The position numbers and the translations under genes are program-made. From positions 12,136-76,135 of the forward strand of contig JAZQIO010000088.1 of assembly GCA_045541135.1 (NCBI GenBank): a DNA stretch of 64,000 bases, in the 5' to 3' direction. A model generated the notes under the pieces. The model was not told the origin of the DNA. It searched no databases and saw only the letters and a list, made by a program, of their open reading frames with translations. Positions 37,740 to 48,692 of this stretch are shown piece after piece. Positions within the stretch are counted from its first letter, which is position 1, and the number at the start of each line of letters is the position of its first letter. Origin of the DNA: Clostridia bacterium. Lineage in GTDB: Bacteria > Bacillota > Clostridia > Monoglobales > Firm-18.

Positions 37740-40700
37740 TTACTCAAATATTTTATGTGGTGCAAGTGGAACTGCTGTATTTAATGTATCCAGAAGGAAT
37801 ACCTTTGTTGTAACAGTTTCGCTATTTAAAGTATATTCGTAATCCACAAGCTTTTCGGTTACAGGCTTTATATGTTTATCACAAATAGCACCCTTGCTGT
37901 TATAACCAACTATAATAAGTGCAGGCTGCAGGCCGTAATTTTCATTCATTGAAGAAACTGAAGCCTTAACGGTTTTACCTGAATTTGTGGCACTAAGTGT
38001 CCACGAGCTTGGTGATACCACAGTCATTCCGTAAGTTCTTGTGAATGTGAATGTTCTGTTTGCAACCTCTGTATCTGCAACTGTTCCTGTTGCTGTAAAG
38101 GTTATTGGTGTTGGGGCAGTAACCTTGGTAAGTAATTTACCGTTTACATCAATTATTGACGGGTTACCGGAAGACCATGTTACACCTCTTATTGCAGGAA
38201 TATTAAGACTACCGTCAACAAGCAATGGATTACCCGCATATAATTTTGCAGGTAGAGCATTTATTGAAGTAAAACGTTCATCCTCTGCCTTTTCAATTTC
38301 ATAAATCTTAACATTTTTAATCCATACATAAGAACCTACACTGCTTGCATCCATGAATGTAAGCTGGAAGTCAGGCAGATATGTGCCCGGTTTTTCAGTC
38401 CATGTAACAACACCGTTAGTACTCTTTGAAACAACGTTATATGGGAAGTTCATAGCCTTTGGTTCAACTGCATCGTCTACAAAGACTGTGTATGTCTTAT
38501 TAATTGTATCAAATACCACACGAAGCTTCCATTCTTCATCGGCATTGAAATTCTGAAGTCCTACATTACCAACATCAAGTCGTATATTATCCTTTTGAGT
38601 ATTTGCTGTACGGACAATATTCAGAGTATTTGTATATAGTCTGAAGTCAACAAAACTATTTACTGCTGCTGTAAGGTCGTCATTACTTGTACCAAAATTG
38701 AAGGATGAATATGTTGTCTTTACAGAACCGTTTTCCATACGTTCGGTATTTATATTCTGTTGGAATGTAATATCAACAGCATATACACCTGACATAAGGT
38801 TTGTAGTTGTCTTAGTCTGATTTTCAAGATCCTCAATAATTCTTCCGAATCGGATACGACCTACTGCACGCGAAGTACTGTTTGGAGTAACACCATCTGC
38901 TTTATACGGAGCAGAAACTATGTTTTCAAACTTGATACCATCTTTACCCATATTTGTAGCTTTATAATATGCATGCTCAGGAATGTAAACCTGCAAAAGT
39001 TCAGGATTTACTGCAGAGTCATATATTAAAGTACCTGCATGTGGGTCGACATCAGGTTCTTCAGGTGCAACAACACCATCAAAAGTGATTTTACCGTCTG
39101 TTACAGTAAATTCAAATTCTTCGCCATCATAAACTACCTTATTTGCAAGTGCCGCATTGAATGTAACATCATTAAGTGCTGTAGCATCGCCGTCTTTTAC
39201 AGAATAGTCAAGAACCTTATCATTAAGTACAAATGCAGCAGATGTTTCTTCTTTTGTCTGCATCGTGATATTTCCATTCTTAGAAACATAAGTACCGTTT
39301 ACCATATATACAGATTTGATAAAGCCTGTTTCATATTCTTCAACAAGCAATGTCTGTGCATCAGTTTCATAGGCACCAACTTTAACAACATCTTTTAAAC
39401 TTGCATCATTAAGATGGTAGTAAATGAAATTTCTTGATTCTTCTGTTGCTTTATTTGTTACAGTAAATTTAAAAGCATTTACCTGATTTTCATCATAAGT
39501 TGTTTTAATAGGAGTTGTTGTAACTTCAAAGTCTTCTCCAACATCCATTGGAAGAATAATTGTGCTGTATGTTGTTGTGCCTGCCTTTGTCTTTTTATAA
39601 ACTGCCTTATGGCTGTCTATGAACTGACCTGAATCTTCGGAGTACAAAGTTTTAACGGTTGTTGCCTCATCTATTTCATCAGGCTTTACAGGAACAAGCA
39701 TAACATTTGGCTCGTTTTCAAAGTTACTTCTTACAACCTTATTCTCATCAAATGTCATATTTGAACCGGGGTACAAGTGCCAGTTTTGTGTATAAACATT
39801 TTCAGATGTGTCATCATTTGGAATAACGTAATCTGTTACAACAAATATTTTAGCATCTTTCAAGAATGTTACACTACGCTGTGCCTGCTTTGAAGTTGTA
39901 TATGCATCTGTTGAATATTCAATAAAGTCATAGTGCAGATTACTGTCGAAGCATTCTTCCTTACCGTCCTTATTGGGAAGGGTAGCAATTGCAGTTTTTA
40001 TAGTCGGATCTATTGCATTGGTTTCCGGATCAAGATAATTTTTATAGTCGTTTACAGTAAGAATGTTGTGCTGTTGCGGACTTATCATATAGTTACGGAT
40101 ATTACCTGTAAGGATAGCACCGTAGCCCGGGTCTACAAGTAAGAACTTATCGTAAGCATACATTGCAACGGAAAGTGCATCCTTATGACCGTGCGAGCCT
40201 ACCATTTTGTTTGTAAAGGACATTGCGACTGCGCCATCATCCCACGATTCACGCATAAATGTACGTAAGCCTACGGGATAGTTGGTTGTAGCATTTTCAG
40301 GCAACCAGCCCTTACTTCCCCCACTTCCCATATATGCTATAATCGGGTCACCCTCAAACAGATTATTATACCATCTTGTAAAGGTTGATGAATTAGTTGA
40401 GTACGGATTTGTATTGTCACCAAGACCAAAACCTCCGCCACCGGGAGCTGACTGCTTGAAAAGTGACATTACAAGGTTATAGATAACATTTTCCGTATTT
40501 GCGTTATATGGAGATTCTGCACCCAGATCTTGCATCATAGCATAAGGTGAACTGAATGTTCCCAGAATAGTGCTTGTATAACCCTGAGCAAGTTCAAGTG
40601 ACATACCGTCTTCAAATACAAAGTCGTTTGTTACACGTTCGTTTTCTGATCTTGTGCATTCAAGCCAGTCATTGTATCTTGCAAATTCAGGATATCTTGC

Positions 40701-43115
40701 ACATGTAGCATATACAGCACCTGTTGAATATGTAGCCCAGTTGTTGTAATGTTTTCCATATTCATTATAATTCTTATATTCTGTTGCAAGCCACAGATGT
40801 TTTAAGAATGCGGTAAATCTGTTTGGAGTCATGTAAGGACTGTTTATAAGTCTTAATGTATCCTGAGCAATAGTTGCAATGTGACCTGAATTATCAAGTG
40901 AGTTCATAACATCAGGTTCAGTACCCAATGAATTTACAAGAGCCATATGCTGTCTTATAGTTGTATAACCGTACTTTTCGTAGTTCGGCTCATATACAGG
41001 CTCGTTTGTTCTGCCTTTATCCTTTAAATATTCCATATAGCTATATAGGTCAGCAACTGAACCTACTTCGCCACCACGGTGATAACCACAGGTTTTACCC
41101 TTAACAGATGTATTGTTAGATGTTACATAATCCCAACACATCATATCGTTTGCAGAGAAATAAAAATGTTCGCTGAATGTATCAAAGCATACATATTCTT
41201 CCTGCCAACTACTGTCGCAATGCCAGTAAAGAAGCATTATTTTTTCCGGGTCAGAACCTGTATGTTCTGCTGTGATTTTTATATAAGCACTTTCAGCTTT
41301 TGAACCTCTTTTAAATTTGGAAATATCAAAACCTATGTACGCACGCTTCATTCTGTCATCATGGTTTCTGTGAACACCCGATTCTTCGGCAAGAAGTATT
41401 GTTTCACTGCCGTAATTGGTTTTTGAATACTGACCTGCCTGAATGTATGAGTCTTTTATAGCAGGGCATTCATGGGTAGTACCGTCTGAAAGTGTAACTA
41501 CAAGCACCGGAGGTGTTGATGATTCTCTTGAATAAATACGCGCCTGATTTTTATACTTATCTATTGAACCAATCATAGTTGAAAAGCATGTGAATGAACC
41601 GATAGCTTCATTAAGTCGATTGGTTACATCAACTGTAACTTCACCTTTGTTCTTTGGAATAGTAAATATGTTAATAGGGAATGAACTTATGTAACTTGTG
41701 GGGTATGCATTACGTGATAGATATTCGTACATTATTTTGTGATATGACTGATTTGCAACAGTCAAAGATGTCTGCTTTGTCGCCTTTTCATCAAAATGAC
41801 GCTGGTAATAAGCCTTAAGCTCTACCTTTGCAGTTTCGTAATTGCCTGATTTTGCTGCTGCTTCTACCTTTGCCATATCCGGGAAATCTGCATATCTGAA
41901 GTATGGATTTAATTCCCAGCTTCCCTTTGTGGCATTCCATTTACCAAAGAACGCTTCATCGGAAATGTGCATAGGGTCATCGAAGATAGGATAACCGTCT
42001 TCAATTTCTCCGCGTTCAGGCATTGTATACCATTTTTCTTCATTACTGCTATTAGGATTAATTGTAGTTGTTACAGCAACCCTGTTGCTGATACCTGTAA
42101 CATTCAGGTGATATGACGGTCTTAATGTAACAGTCTTACCGTCTGAAGTTTTACCTTCAATTTCACAATAAATTTCAACATTAGTTGGATCTGATGCAGA
42201 TTCTCTCTGTATTTTACCAAACTGATTCATAACATTATGATCTGAAGATATCCATTTAATACCCGGAACATCCCATGGTAGTGTAACATTTGTTGTTACA
42301 TTATCAGGGTCAGCTACAAGGTTTTTAGGCAAGGTTGATAAAATAGCCTTGGTTTCTTCACTTAGAGTTATTTGTGAATCCCCATCTGTTTCTACAACAA
42401 CAGAGCTTATATCCAGATATGAATCCTTAGCCATTCTTTCAAGGTTAGCAATTGTAAGGCTATCTACAAACCCCTTGCTTGCCTTATTAGAATTAATATT
42501 CAAAGAAGTACCTGAAGCAATTGTAGAACCACCGTTAAGTTGAACAGTAAGTTCATCATTTACTGTGTCAATGTTTACAACCAAAGTATTTTCATTTCCG
42601 GTTGCATAAGACTTCAAACTACTGTTTTCCACTGTATTTCCCGACGCAGAACCCGAATTAAGCACACTGACCTTGTCCTCGTAAATTCTCAGGTTTACAT
42701 ATCCCGGAATTGACATATTATAGAAAGCATTTCCACTCAATGAAGAATTATTTTTTGTTTTGTACTTAAATGTAATCTTTACATTTCCTGAAAAGCCCTG
42801 AGACATTATTACAGAATCCGTATCAGAAGATGTGAAATCCTGATAAAGACCAAGATAAACCGTACCATCCCATTCTCCATTACTTGTTATACCATCATCC
42901 TTATAACGTTTTTGATCGTTCTGAGTAATTCTTACGCCGTTTCCGCTTTCAGAAAATGTTGCATAAGTATGAGCTGATGTCACCTCCCAATTAGAAAATG
43001 CCGAAAAATCAAATGTAGAAGTCGCAGCCTCTACTTTTTCAGGCATAACCGGAAGCATGGTAATGCACATTATTGCAACAATTACCAGACTTAATATTTT
43101 TTTATGTATTTTCAT
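37740..43115 (-). CDS. Secreted ~1,790-aa multidomain heparinase II/III-like polysaccharide lyase family protein
   Basis: Signal peptide ending VEAAT. Two LamG/jelly-roll-like modules (N-terminal and at ~aa 1280-1500). Two short Ig-like 'ITW.SS' modules. An alginate-lyase/heparinase N-domain-like helical region (AAAKSGNYETAKVELKAYY). A DNRLRE/CBM-like insert (RAYIGFDISKFKRGSKAESAYIKI). Heparinase II/III C-domain signature MVGSHGHKDALSVAMYAY...VDPGYG. The ATG at 43115 follows a GGGGGTG RBS. Confidence 0.75.
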   Translation of the reverse strand: MKIHKKILSLVIVAIMCITMLPVMPEKVEAATSTFDFSAFSNWEVTSAHTYATFSESGNGVRITQNDQKRYKDDGITSNGEWDGTVYLGLYQDFTSSDTDSVIMSQGFSGNVKITFKYKTKNNSSLSGNAFYNMSIPGYVNLRIYEDKVSVLNSGSASGNTVENSSLKSYATGNENTLVVNIDTVNDELTVQLNGGSTIASGTSLNINSNKASKGFVDSLTIANLERMAKDSYLDISSVVVETDGDSQITLSEETKAILSTLPKNLVADPDNVTTNVTLPWDVPGIKWISSDHNVMNQFGKIQRESASDPTNVEIYCEIEGKTSDGKTVTLRPSYHLNVTGISNRVAVTTTINPNSSNEEKWYTMPERGEIEDGYPIFDDPMHISDEAFFGKWNATKGSWELNPYFRYADFPDMAKVEAAAKSGNYETAKVELKAYYQRHFDEKATKQTSLTVANQSYHKIMYEYLSRNAYPTSYISSFPINIFTIPKNKGEVTVDVTNRLNEAIGSFTCFSTMIGSIDKYKNQARIYSRESSTPPVLVVTLSDGTTHECPAIKDSYIQAGQYSKTNYGSETILLAEESGVHRNHDDRMKRAYIGFDISKFKRGSKAESAYIKITAEHTGSDPEKIMLLYWHCDSSWQEEYVCFDTFSEHFYFSANDMMCWDYVTSNNTSVKGKTCGYHRGGEVGSVADLYSYMEYLKDKGRTNEPVYEPNYEKYGYTTIRQHMALVNSLGTEPDVMNSLDNSGHIATIAQDTLRLINSPYMTPNRFTAFLKHLWLATEYKNYNEYGKHYNNWATYSTGAVYATCARYPEFARYNDWLECTRSENERVTNDFVFEDGMSLELAQGYTSTILGTFSSPYAMMQDLGAESPYNANTENVIYNLVMSLFKQSAPGGGGFGLGDNTNPYSTNSSTFTRWYNNLFEGDPIIAYMGSGGSKGWLPENATTNYPVGLRTFMRESWDDGAVAMSFTNKMVGSHGHKDALSVAMYAYDKFLLVDPGYGAILTGNIRNYMISPQQHNILTVNDYKNYLDPETNAIDPTIKTAIATLPNKDGKEECFDSNLHYDFIEYSTDAYTTSKQAQRSVTFLKDAKIFVVTDYVIPNDDTSENVYTQNWHLYPGSNMTFDENKVVRSNFENEPNVMLVPVKPDEIDEATTVKTLYSEDSGQFIDSHKAVYKKTKAGTTTYSTIILPMDVGEDFEVTTTPIKTTYDENQVNAFKFTVTNKATEESRNFIYYHLNDASLKDVVKVGAYETDAQTLLVEEYETGFIKSVYMVNGTYVSKNGNITMQTKEETSAAFVLNDKVLDYSVKDGDATALNDVTFNAALANKVVYDGEEFEFTVTDGKITFDGVVAPEEPDVDPHAGTLIYDSAVNPELLQVYIPEHAYYKATNMGKDGIKFENIVSAPYKADGVTPNSTSRAVGRIRFGRIIEDLENQTKTTTNLMSGVYAVDITFQQNINTERMENGSVKTTYSSFNFGTSNDDLTAAVNSFVDFRLYTNTLNIVRTANTQKDNIRLDVGNVGLQNFNADEEWKLRVVFDTINKTYTVFVDDAVEPKAMNFPYNVVSKSTNGVVTWTEKPGTYLPDFQLTFMDASSVGSYVWIKNVKIYEIEKAEDERFTSINALPAKLYAGNPLLVDGSLNIPAIRGVTWSSGNPSIIDVNGKLLTKVTAPTPITFTATGTVADTEVANRTFTFTRTYGMTVVSPSSWTLSATNSGKTVKASVSSMNENYGLQPALIIVGYNSKGAICDKHIKPVTEKLVDYEYTLNSETVTTKVFLLDTLNTAVPLAPHKIFE

Positions 43116-43138
43116 AAACACACCCCCATATATGCAAC

Positions 43139-43193
43139 ATTATATCATAAAACAAGATTAAAAAAAACTCGTAATATTACACAAATATTACAC
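43139..43193 (-). promoter_or_regulatory. Extended -10 promoter plus tandem direct repeats upstream of the distal giant gene
   Basis: The - strand has TATGATATAAT (TGn-TATAAT) at 43139-43147. AATATTACAC occurs twice (43173-43182 and 43184-43193), one helical turn apart. Confidence 0.45.
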
Positions 43194-43203
43194 GTTTTTT
43201 TAT

Positions 43204-43236
43204 GCAAAAAAACAGCACAGAAAATCTGTGCTGTTT
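43204..43236 (-). terminator. Intrinsic terminator after the proximal giant lyase-like gene
   Basis: The - strand reads AACAGCACAG-atttt-CTGTGCTGTT followed by TTTTTTT, starting 8 nt after the stop. Confidence 0.85.
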
Positions 43237-43243
43237 TAAATTA

Positions 43244-46200
43244 TTAATTGAAAATATAGTGTTTATAAAGGGGAATAACTGTTGATATACCGTCAAACAA
43301 AAATACCTTTGTTTTAACTGTGCCGTTACTTACTGTATAAGTGTAATTTTCAAGTTTGCCCTTTACTTCTTCTACCTTCTTGCCGATTAGCTTTCCCTTT
43401 GCATCATATTCGGCAATTACCATATAAGCAACCATTGAAGCATCGTCGGAAACATTTGTTACTGATGCTGTAACTACGTTATCTGATTTCGAAGCTGTAA
43501 GCTTCCAAAGGCTTGGAACCACATTCATATTATACATTTTACTGAATTTATATGTACGTTTAACTTCTGTATCCGAAACAGTGCCTGATGCTGTAAATGT
43601 TATCGGGGTTGCTTCTGCCACCTTTGATTTAAGTACACCGTTTATTCCTATAAGGTCGGTATTTGAAGATGTCCATGTTACGCCGCTTAAAGCAGGTACG
43701 GAAAGGTTACCGAATACTGCATTTGGATTACCTTCCAGTAACTTTGCCGGCAATAAATTTATGACATTATAACGTTCATCTTCCTTAGATTCAATCTCAT
43801 ATATTTTTACATTGTTAATCTGAACATAAGAACCAACATTATTAGCCTTCATCAATGAAATCGCAAAGTCAGGAACTAAATTGCCCTTTGTATTGATATT
43901 ATACGGAAAATTCATTGCTCCACGTTCCAGAACATCATTTACAAACACTGTATATGTTTTAGTCTCTGTATCAACAACAAGACGAAGTGTCCACTCCTTG
44001 TCTGCCTCAAAGTTCTGCATACTAACTTTATCGACATCGTTTCTTATACCGTCTGCCTGAGTATTTTCGTATCTTATAATGTTTACCTTTTCGGTATACA
44101 GACGAAATTCTATAAGCTGGTTTGAAAAACCGGATTTTAATGTTCCATCAGCATTTTCAGCAGCAAGACCAAAGTGCATAGTTGCGTATGTAGGCCAGTT
44201 TTTACCGTCTTCATTTACTCGATCAGTTACAATATTCTGTTGAATAGTCATTTCTATTGCATACTTACCTGACATAAGGTCCGTAACCGTCTTTGTATTA
44301 TTTTCCTCATCTTCAAAAATACCGCTGAATCGAATTGAGCCTACGGCATTTCCTCCACCGCTTTGGGTGCTATCCGATTTAACACTTTCAAAACGGATTC
44401 CTCCGCCTTCCTGACCGATTGTATTTGTTGCCTTATAAAATTCATTGCTGTTGTTAAGGTATACATTTAAAAGTTCAGGATTAACATCTGAATCGTACAC
44501 CAGTGTACCTATATCAGGTGATGCTGTAACATCGATATCTTCCTTAACATCTGCAAATGTCATATTGCCCTCAACAACTGCAAAGGGAACATTTTCTGTT
44601 TTATTGTATTTTACAGAAGTTGCAAGTGATGAATTTATAAGTGTGTTTTCAAGGACTTTTATATCACGTTCGGAAGAATGGAAATCAAGCACACCATCCG
44701 TAATATTGAATGAAAGATTTGCCGCACTTCCGTCAACAGTTTTTATTATATTTACAGAACCTTTATTTACAAAAGTACCGTCAACCATGTAAAGTGAAAT
44801 AACATTACCTTCTGTATCTTCTTCCACCAAAAGAGTATTTGCATCTGTTGAATATTCGCCAACATTTACTGTTGTCTGCAGTGATTCTTCATTTACATGG
44901 TAGTAATAGAATTTACTCTGTTCACCTGTAACTTCATTTTTAACCGTAAATGAGAACAAATTAATATTTTCGTCACTCAAAGCATTTGTAAGCTTTGTTG
45001 TTGTAACGTCAAAATTCTCACCAATATCCATTGGAAGAATAATTGTACTGAATACGCCATTACCTGTTTTGTTTCTGTAAAGCATACCCTTTTCACTATC
45101 GTTAATCTGTCCGCCGTTTTCAGAATACCAGGTACCGCGAACTTCTGTTTTATCAATGGTTGCAGGGTCAACAGGCACTATCATTACGTTTGGCTCATCT
45201 GCAAAATGACTTTCTATAACCTTTGTAGTAGGGTCTATTGTCATTTCCGCACCGGGATACAAATGCCAATTTTGTGCAAACTCATTTGTAACTGTTGTAT
45301 CATTGGGAATGTGGTAATCTGTTACAATCCAGAACTTCTGATTTTTAAGGAACATTACACTTCGCTGTGACTTTTCGGTTGATGTATATGCAGGTGTGTT
45401 ATATTCCACAAAATCATAATTATCGTTGCAATCAAAAATCATCTGTGTGCCGTCAACACTCTGTACAGTATCATAGGATTCTGCACGAACATCGTTAATT
45501 ACATAACCGTCTACAATGTAGTTTTTACTGTCGTTAACAGTAACCACATTATGCTGTTGCGGGCTTTTCATGTAGTACATTGTATTACCCGTTTGTACAC
45601 TACCGTAGCCCTGATCCGTAAGCAGATATTTACCGTAAGCAAACATCGCTATTGAAAGAGCATCTTTATGACCATGAGAGCCAACCATTTTATTTGTCAT
45701 TGCAAGCGCAAGAGCATTCTGCGACCAGTCGGAACGCATAACTGTTCTTTGTCCCGAAGGATAATTGCTTGTGCACAATTCGGGTAACCAACCGCCTTTT
45801 CCTGCCATATAGGCAATTGTCGGGTCATCACTGAACAGGTAGTTGTACCATTTTGTAAATGTTGATTTGTATGACCTATATGGGTCATAACCGTCACCCA
45901 TATTAAAGCCACCAAAGTATGGACCGCTCTGATTAAACAAAGACAACACTATATCATGAATAATTTCTGTTGTTTTTTCACTGTAAGGCAATGGCTCGCC
46001 TGTAAGTTCGTATGTTGAAAACGGTGTTGCAAAAGTACCGAGAAGTGTACTGTGATAGTTATGCGAAAGCTCTAAGCACATACCGTCTTCAAATGTAAAG
46101 CCGTCGAAAACACGATCATTTTCTTTTTTTGTTTCTTTCGTCCATATATCGTGTCTTTCAAACTCCGGAAAACGTGCACACATATTATATACGGCACCTG

Positions 46201-48589
46201 TTGAGAATGTTGCAAAGTTATTTTTAGCTTTACCGTACCAGTTATAAACATGGTAGTCCGTAAGCAACCAAAGGTGCTTTAAGTAAGCTGTGAAAACCTC
46301 ACCTGTCATATACTTACTGTTCATAAGTCGCAGTATATCCTGAGATACACCCGAAATATGTGTTGACATATCAAGCTGATTCATAACATCAGGCTCTACG
46401 CCTATGGAATTTATAAGTCCCATATACTGACGAAGATATGTATAAGCATATTTTTCAGGATACTGTTCAAGTTCAGGATGCTGAACATAGTAACTGTACG
46501 AGGTTGCAAGTGTTGCAGGTTCCGTATCACGATGGTAACCGCACACCTTACCCTTTATTGTAGTTGAATTTGAAGTTACCCAATCCCAGCAATACATATC
46601 GTTACATGAAAAATACATATGGTCTACGAATGTGTTCCAGCAAACTTTATTTTCAAGCCAGCTGCTTTCACCAATCCAATATGCAGCCATAAGCTTTTCA
46701 TCGTCTGTACCCGTATGACGTGCACGAAGTATAATTTTTGCATCTGTTATGGTATCGCTACGTTTTAGTCCCGACACATCAAAGCCTATGAACATTCTCT
46801 TTGTTCTGTCTTCAGGGTCCGCCCATGAGCCTGCCTCTTCTGCATACAAAACCGTATCTTTTCCAAAGTTTGTATTGCTGTACTGTCCGCCCTGAAGTGT
46901 GGCATCTTTTTCAACCGTAAATATTCTTTTCTCACCATTTACAGTAGCCTCAATAACAGGAGCGTAAGCAGATTCTCTTGAATATACCTCTGCCTGATTT
47001 CTGTACTTATCTACAGATGCAACAACCAATGTAAATATACCGTATGAGCCTTTTGCTTCATTAAGACGGTTTGTTACATCAATTTTAACATCAGACCATT
47101 CCTTTGGAATGCTGAACATATTTATTACATAGTTACTTATAAAGTTTGTAACATAAGCATTTCGTGACATAAGTTGATACAGTGCATCATAATATTCTTT
47201 ATTTGCATTACTTATGGAATTTACCGAAGAAACTCTCTCCGATGCCAATGTGCGATAGTATACCACAAGTTCATCTTTTGCAGTTTCATAATCTCCTGCT
47301 TTGGCTGCAGCTTCTACCTTTGCCATATGGGAATAATCGGAATATCTGAAATACGGTTCAAGTGTCCATATTGATTTTGAGGAATCCCATTTTCCGAAAA
47401 ATGCCTCATCGGTAATATAATCTGGGTCATCAAACATAGGATAACCGTCTTCTTCATTTCCGCGTTGTGGCATTGTGTACCATTTTTCGGTAGTGTCTGT
47501 TGCTCCCGGAGTAGGGTTTATAATGGTTGTATTTTCACTTCTTGATGTAACACCCGTAACATTTAATGGATACTGAACCTCAAGTGCAAAAACTTTACCG
47601 TCTGTGGTTTTAACATCAAATGTACCTGAAATAACAACCTTTGTAGGATCAGTTTGTGATGTTCTGCTGATTCTGCCTGTTTTAGTCATAACATTTTTAT
47701 CAGATGTTGACCATTTAATTCCTTCAATATGTGTCGGAAGTGTAATATTTTCTGTTACATTATTGCTGTCGGGAGCAAGGCTTGCAGGAAAACCATTAAT
47801 AATTGTCTGTGTTACTTCATCAAACACAAATGTCGCTTCTGTATCACTTTCAACCTTAATTGAAGTGAATTTTAAATATGCACCCTCATTCATACGCTGC
47901 ATATTACTTACACTGATGCTTTTAACACCGCCTGCACCTGCTTTGCCTGCAACTTTGTTTACGGAATCACCTTTTGAAACATTGCCGTTATGCGTAACAG
48001 TTACATAGTCATTTACTGTATCAATCTCTATAACAACCTGCTTATCTGTACCTGCACCGCCGGCAGATTTAAGTGCCTGTGTTGACATTGTGGAATTATT
48101 AACACTGCTTGTATTCAAAACAGTTACATTACCATTATACAATCTTAAATTTATATAGCCGGCTATATTCAAAGGGTAATATGAATTAGCGGAATCTGTT
48201 TCCGATTTTTGGTCTATAACATAATCTATCGTAATTTTAACATTACCTGTTGCACCGGGAGCAATTATTTGCATACCACTTGTGCTATCAGACTTCAATA
48301 TGGAATTTATATTTTTTATATATGTGCCGTCAAGTGTAGTATTTTTCTCTGTAGTTCCTTCTTTATATGCCGTCTGCTTTGTCTGCAGAATTCTTACACC
48401 GCCTGTAGTTTTCTGAAAAGCCGCATGGGTAGGCTGTGTACTTATCTTCCAACCGAAATTATCAGAAAAGTCAGTCATTTCACCATAGTTTTCCTCCATT
48501 ACGGTAGCAGCAAAAATATTCATCGGCAACATCGTTGCAATGAATACAACCATAAGCATTATAGATAAATATTTTTTAATATTTTTCAT
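43244..48589 (-). CDS. Secreted 1,781-aa paralog of the heparinase II/III-like multidomain protein
   Basis: Same domain order as 37740..43115. Alignable by eye along its whole length (for example MVGSHGHKDALSIAMFAY...TDQGYG, AAAKAGDYETAKDELVVYY, RMFIGFDVSGLKRSDTITDAKI). Signal peptide ending IFAAT. GGGGGTA RBS. Confidence 0.75.
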   Translation of the reverse strand: MKNIKKYLSIMLMVVFIATMLPMNIFAATVMEENYGEMTDFSDNFGWKISTQPTHAAFQKTTGGVRILQTKQTAYKEGTTEKNTTLDGTYIKNINSILKSDSTSGMQIIAPGATGNVKITIDYVIDQKSETDSANSYYPLNIAGYINLRLYNGNVTVLNTSSVNNSTMSTQALKSAGGAGTDKQVVIEIDTVNDYVTVTHNGNVSKGDSVNKVAGKAGAGGVKSISVSNMQRMNEGAYLKFTSIKVESDTEATFVFDEVTQTIINGFPASLAPDSNNVTENITLPTHIEGIKWSTSDKNVMTKTGRISRTSQTDPTKVVISGTFDVKTTDGKVFALEVQYPLNVTGVTSRSENTTIINPTPGATDTTEKWYTMPQRGNEEDGYPMFDDPDYITDEAFFGKWDSSKSIWTLEPYFRYSDYSHMAKVEAAAKAGDYETAKDELVVYYRTLASERVSSVNSISNANKEYYDALYQLMSRNAYVTNFISNYVINMFSIPKEWSDVKIDVTNRLNEAKGSYGIFTLVVASVDKYRNQAEVYSRESAYAPVIEATVNGEKRIFTVEKDATLQGGQYSNTNFGKDTVLYAEEAGSWADPEDRTKRMFIGFDVSGLKRSDTITDAKIILRARHTGTDDEKLMAAYWIGESSWLENKVCWNTFVDHMYFSCNDMYCWDWVTSNSTTIKGKVCGYHRDTEPATLATSYSYYVQHPELEQYPEKYAYTYLRQYMGLINSIGVEPDVMNQLDMSTHISGVSQDILRLMNSKYMTGEVFTAYLKHLWLLTDYHVYNWYGKAKNNFATFSTGAVYNMCARFPEFERHDIWTKETKKENDRVFDGFTFEDGMCLELSHNYHSTLLGTFATPFSTYELTGEPLPYSEKTTEIIHDIVLSLFNQSGPYFGGFNMGDGYDPYRSYKSTFTKWYNYLFSDDPTIAYMAGKGGWLPELCTSNYPSGQRTVMRSDWSQNALALAMTNKMVGSHGHKDALSIAMFAYGKYLLTDQGYGSVQTGNTMYYMKSPQQHNVVTVNDSKNYIVDGYVINDVRAESYDTVQSVDGTQMIFDCNDNYDFVEYNTPAYTSTEKSQRSVMFLKNQKFWIVTDYHIPNDTTVTNEFAQNWHLYPGAEMTIDPTTKVIESHFADEPNVMIVPVDPATIDKTEVRGTWYSENGGQINDSEKGMLYRNKTGNGVFSTIILPMDIGENFDVTTTKLTNALSDENINLFSFTVKNEVTGEQSKFYYYHVNEESLQTTVNVGEYSTDANTLLVEEDTEGNVISLYMVDGTFVNKGSVNIIKTVDGSAANLSFNITDGVLDFHSSERDIKVLENTLINSSLATSVKYNKTENVPFAVVEGNMTFADVKEDIDVTASPDIGTLVYDSDVNPELLNVYLNNSNEFYKATNTIGQEGGGIRFESVKSDSTQSGGGNAVGSIRFSGIFEDEENNTKTVTDLMSGKYAIEMTIQQNIVTDRVNEDGKNWPTYATMHFGLAAENADGTLKSGFSNQLIEFRLYTEKVNIIRYENTQADGIRNDVDKVSMQNFEADKEWTLRLVVDTETKTYTVFVNDVLERGAMNFPYNINTKGNLVPDFAISLMKANNVGSYVQINNVKIYEIESKEDERYNVINLLPAKLLEGNPNAVFGNLSVPALSGVTWTSSNTDLIGINGVLKSKVAEATPITFTASGTVSDTEVKRTYKFSKMYNMNVVPSLWKLTASKSDNVVTASVTNVSDDASMVAYMVIAEYDAKGKLIGKKVEEVKGKLENYTYTVSNGTVKTKVFLFDGISTVIPLYKHYIFN

Positions 48590-48619
48590 AGACGTACCCC
48601 CAAAAACACATATATGTTT

Positions 48620-48675
48620 ATTATATCATAACAAATTACAGAAATACAGTTTTTTATAAGTGACAAATTACACAA
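48620..48675 (-). promoter_or_regulatory. Extended -10 promoter and repeated ACAAATTACA motif upstream of the proximal giant gene
   Basis: The - strand has TTATGATATAAT at 48620-48628. ACAAATTACA occurs at 48631-48640 and 48664-48673, and resembles the ACAAATATTACAC repeats upstream of the paralog. Confidence 0.4.
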
Positions 48676-48692
48676 ATTTAAATGTTCTTTTT

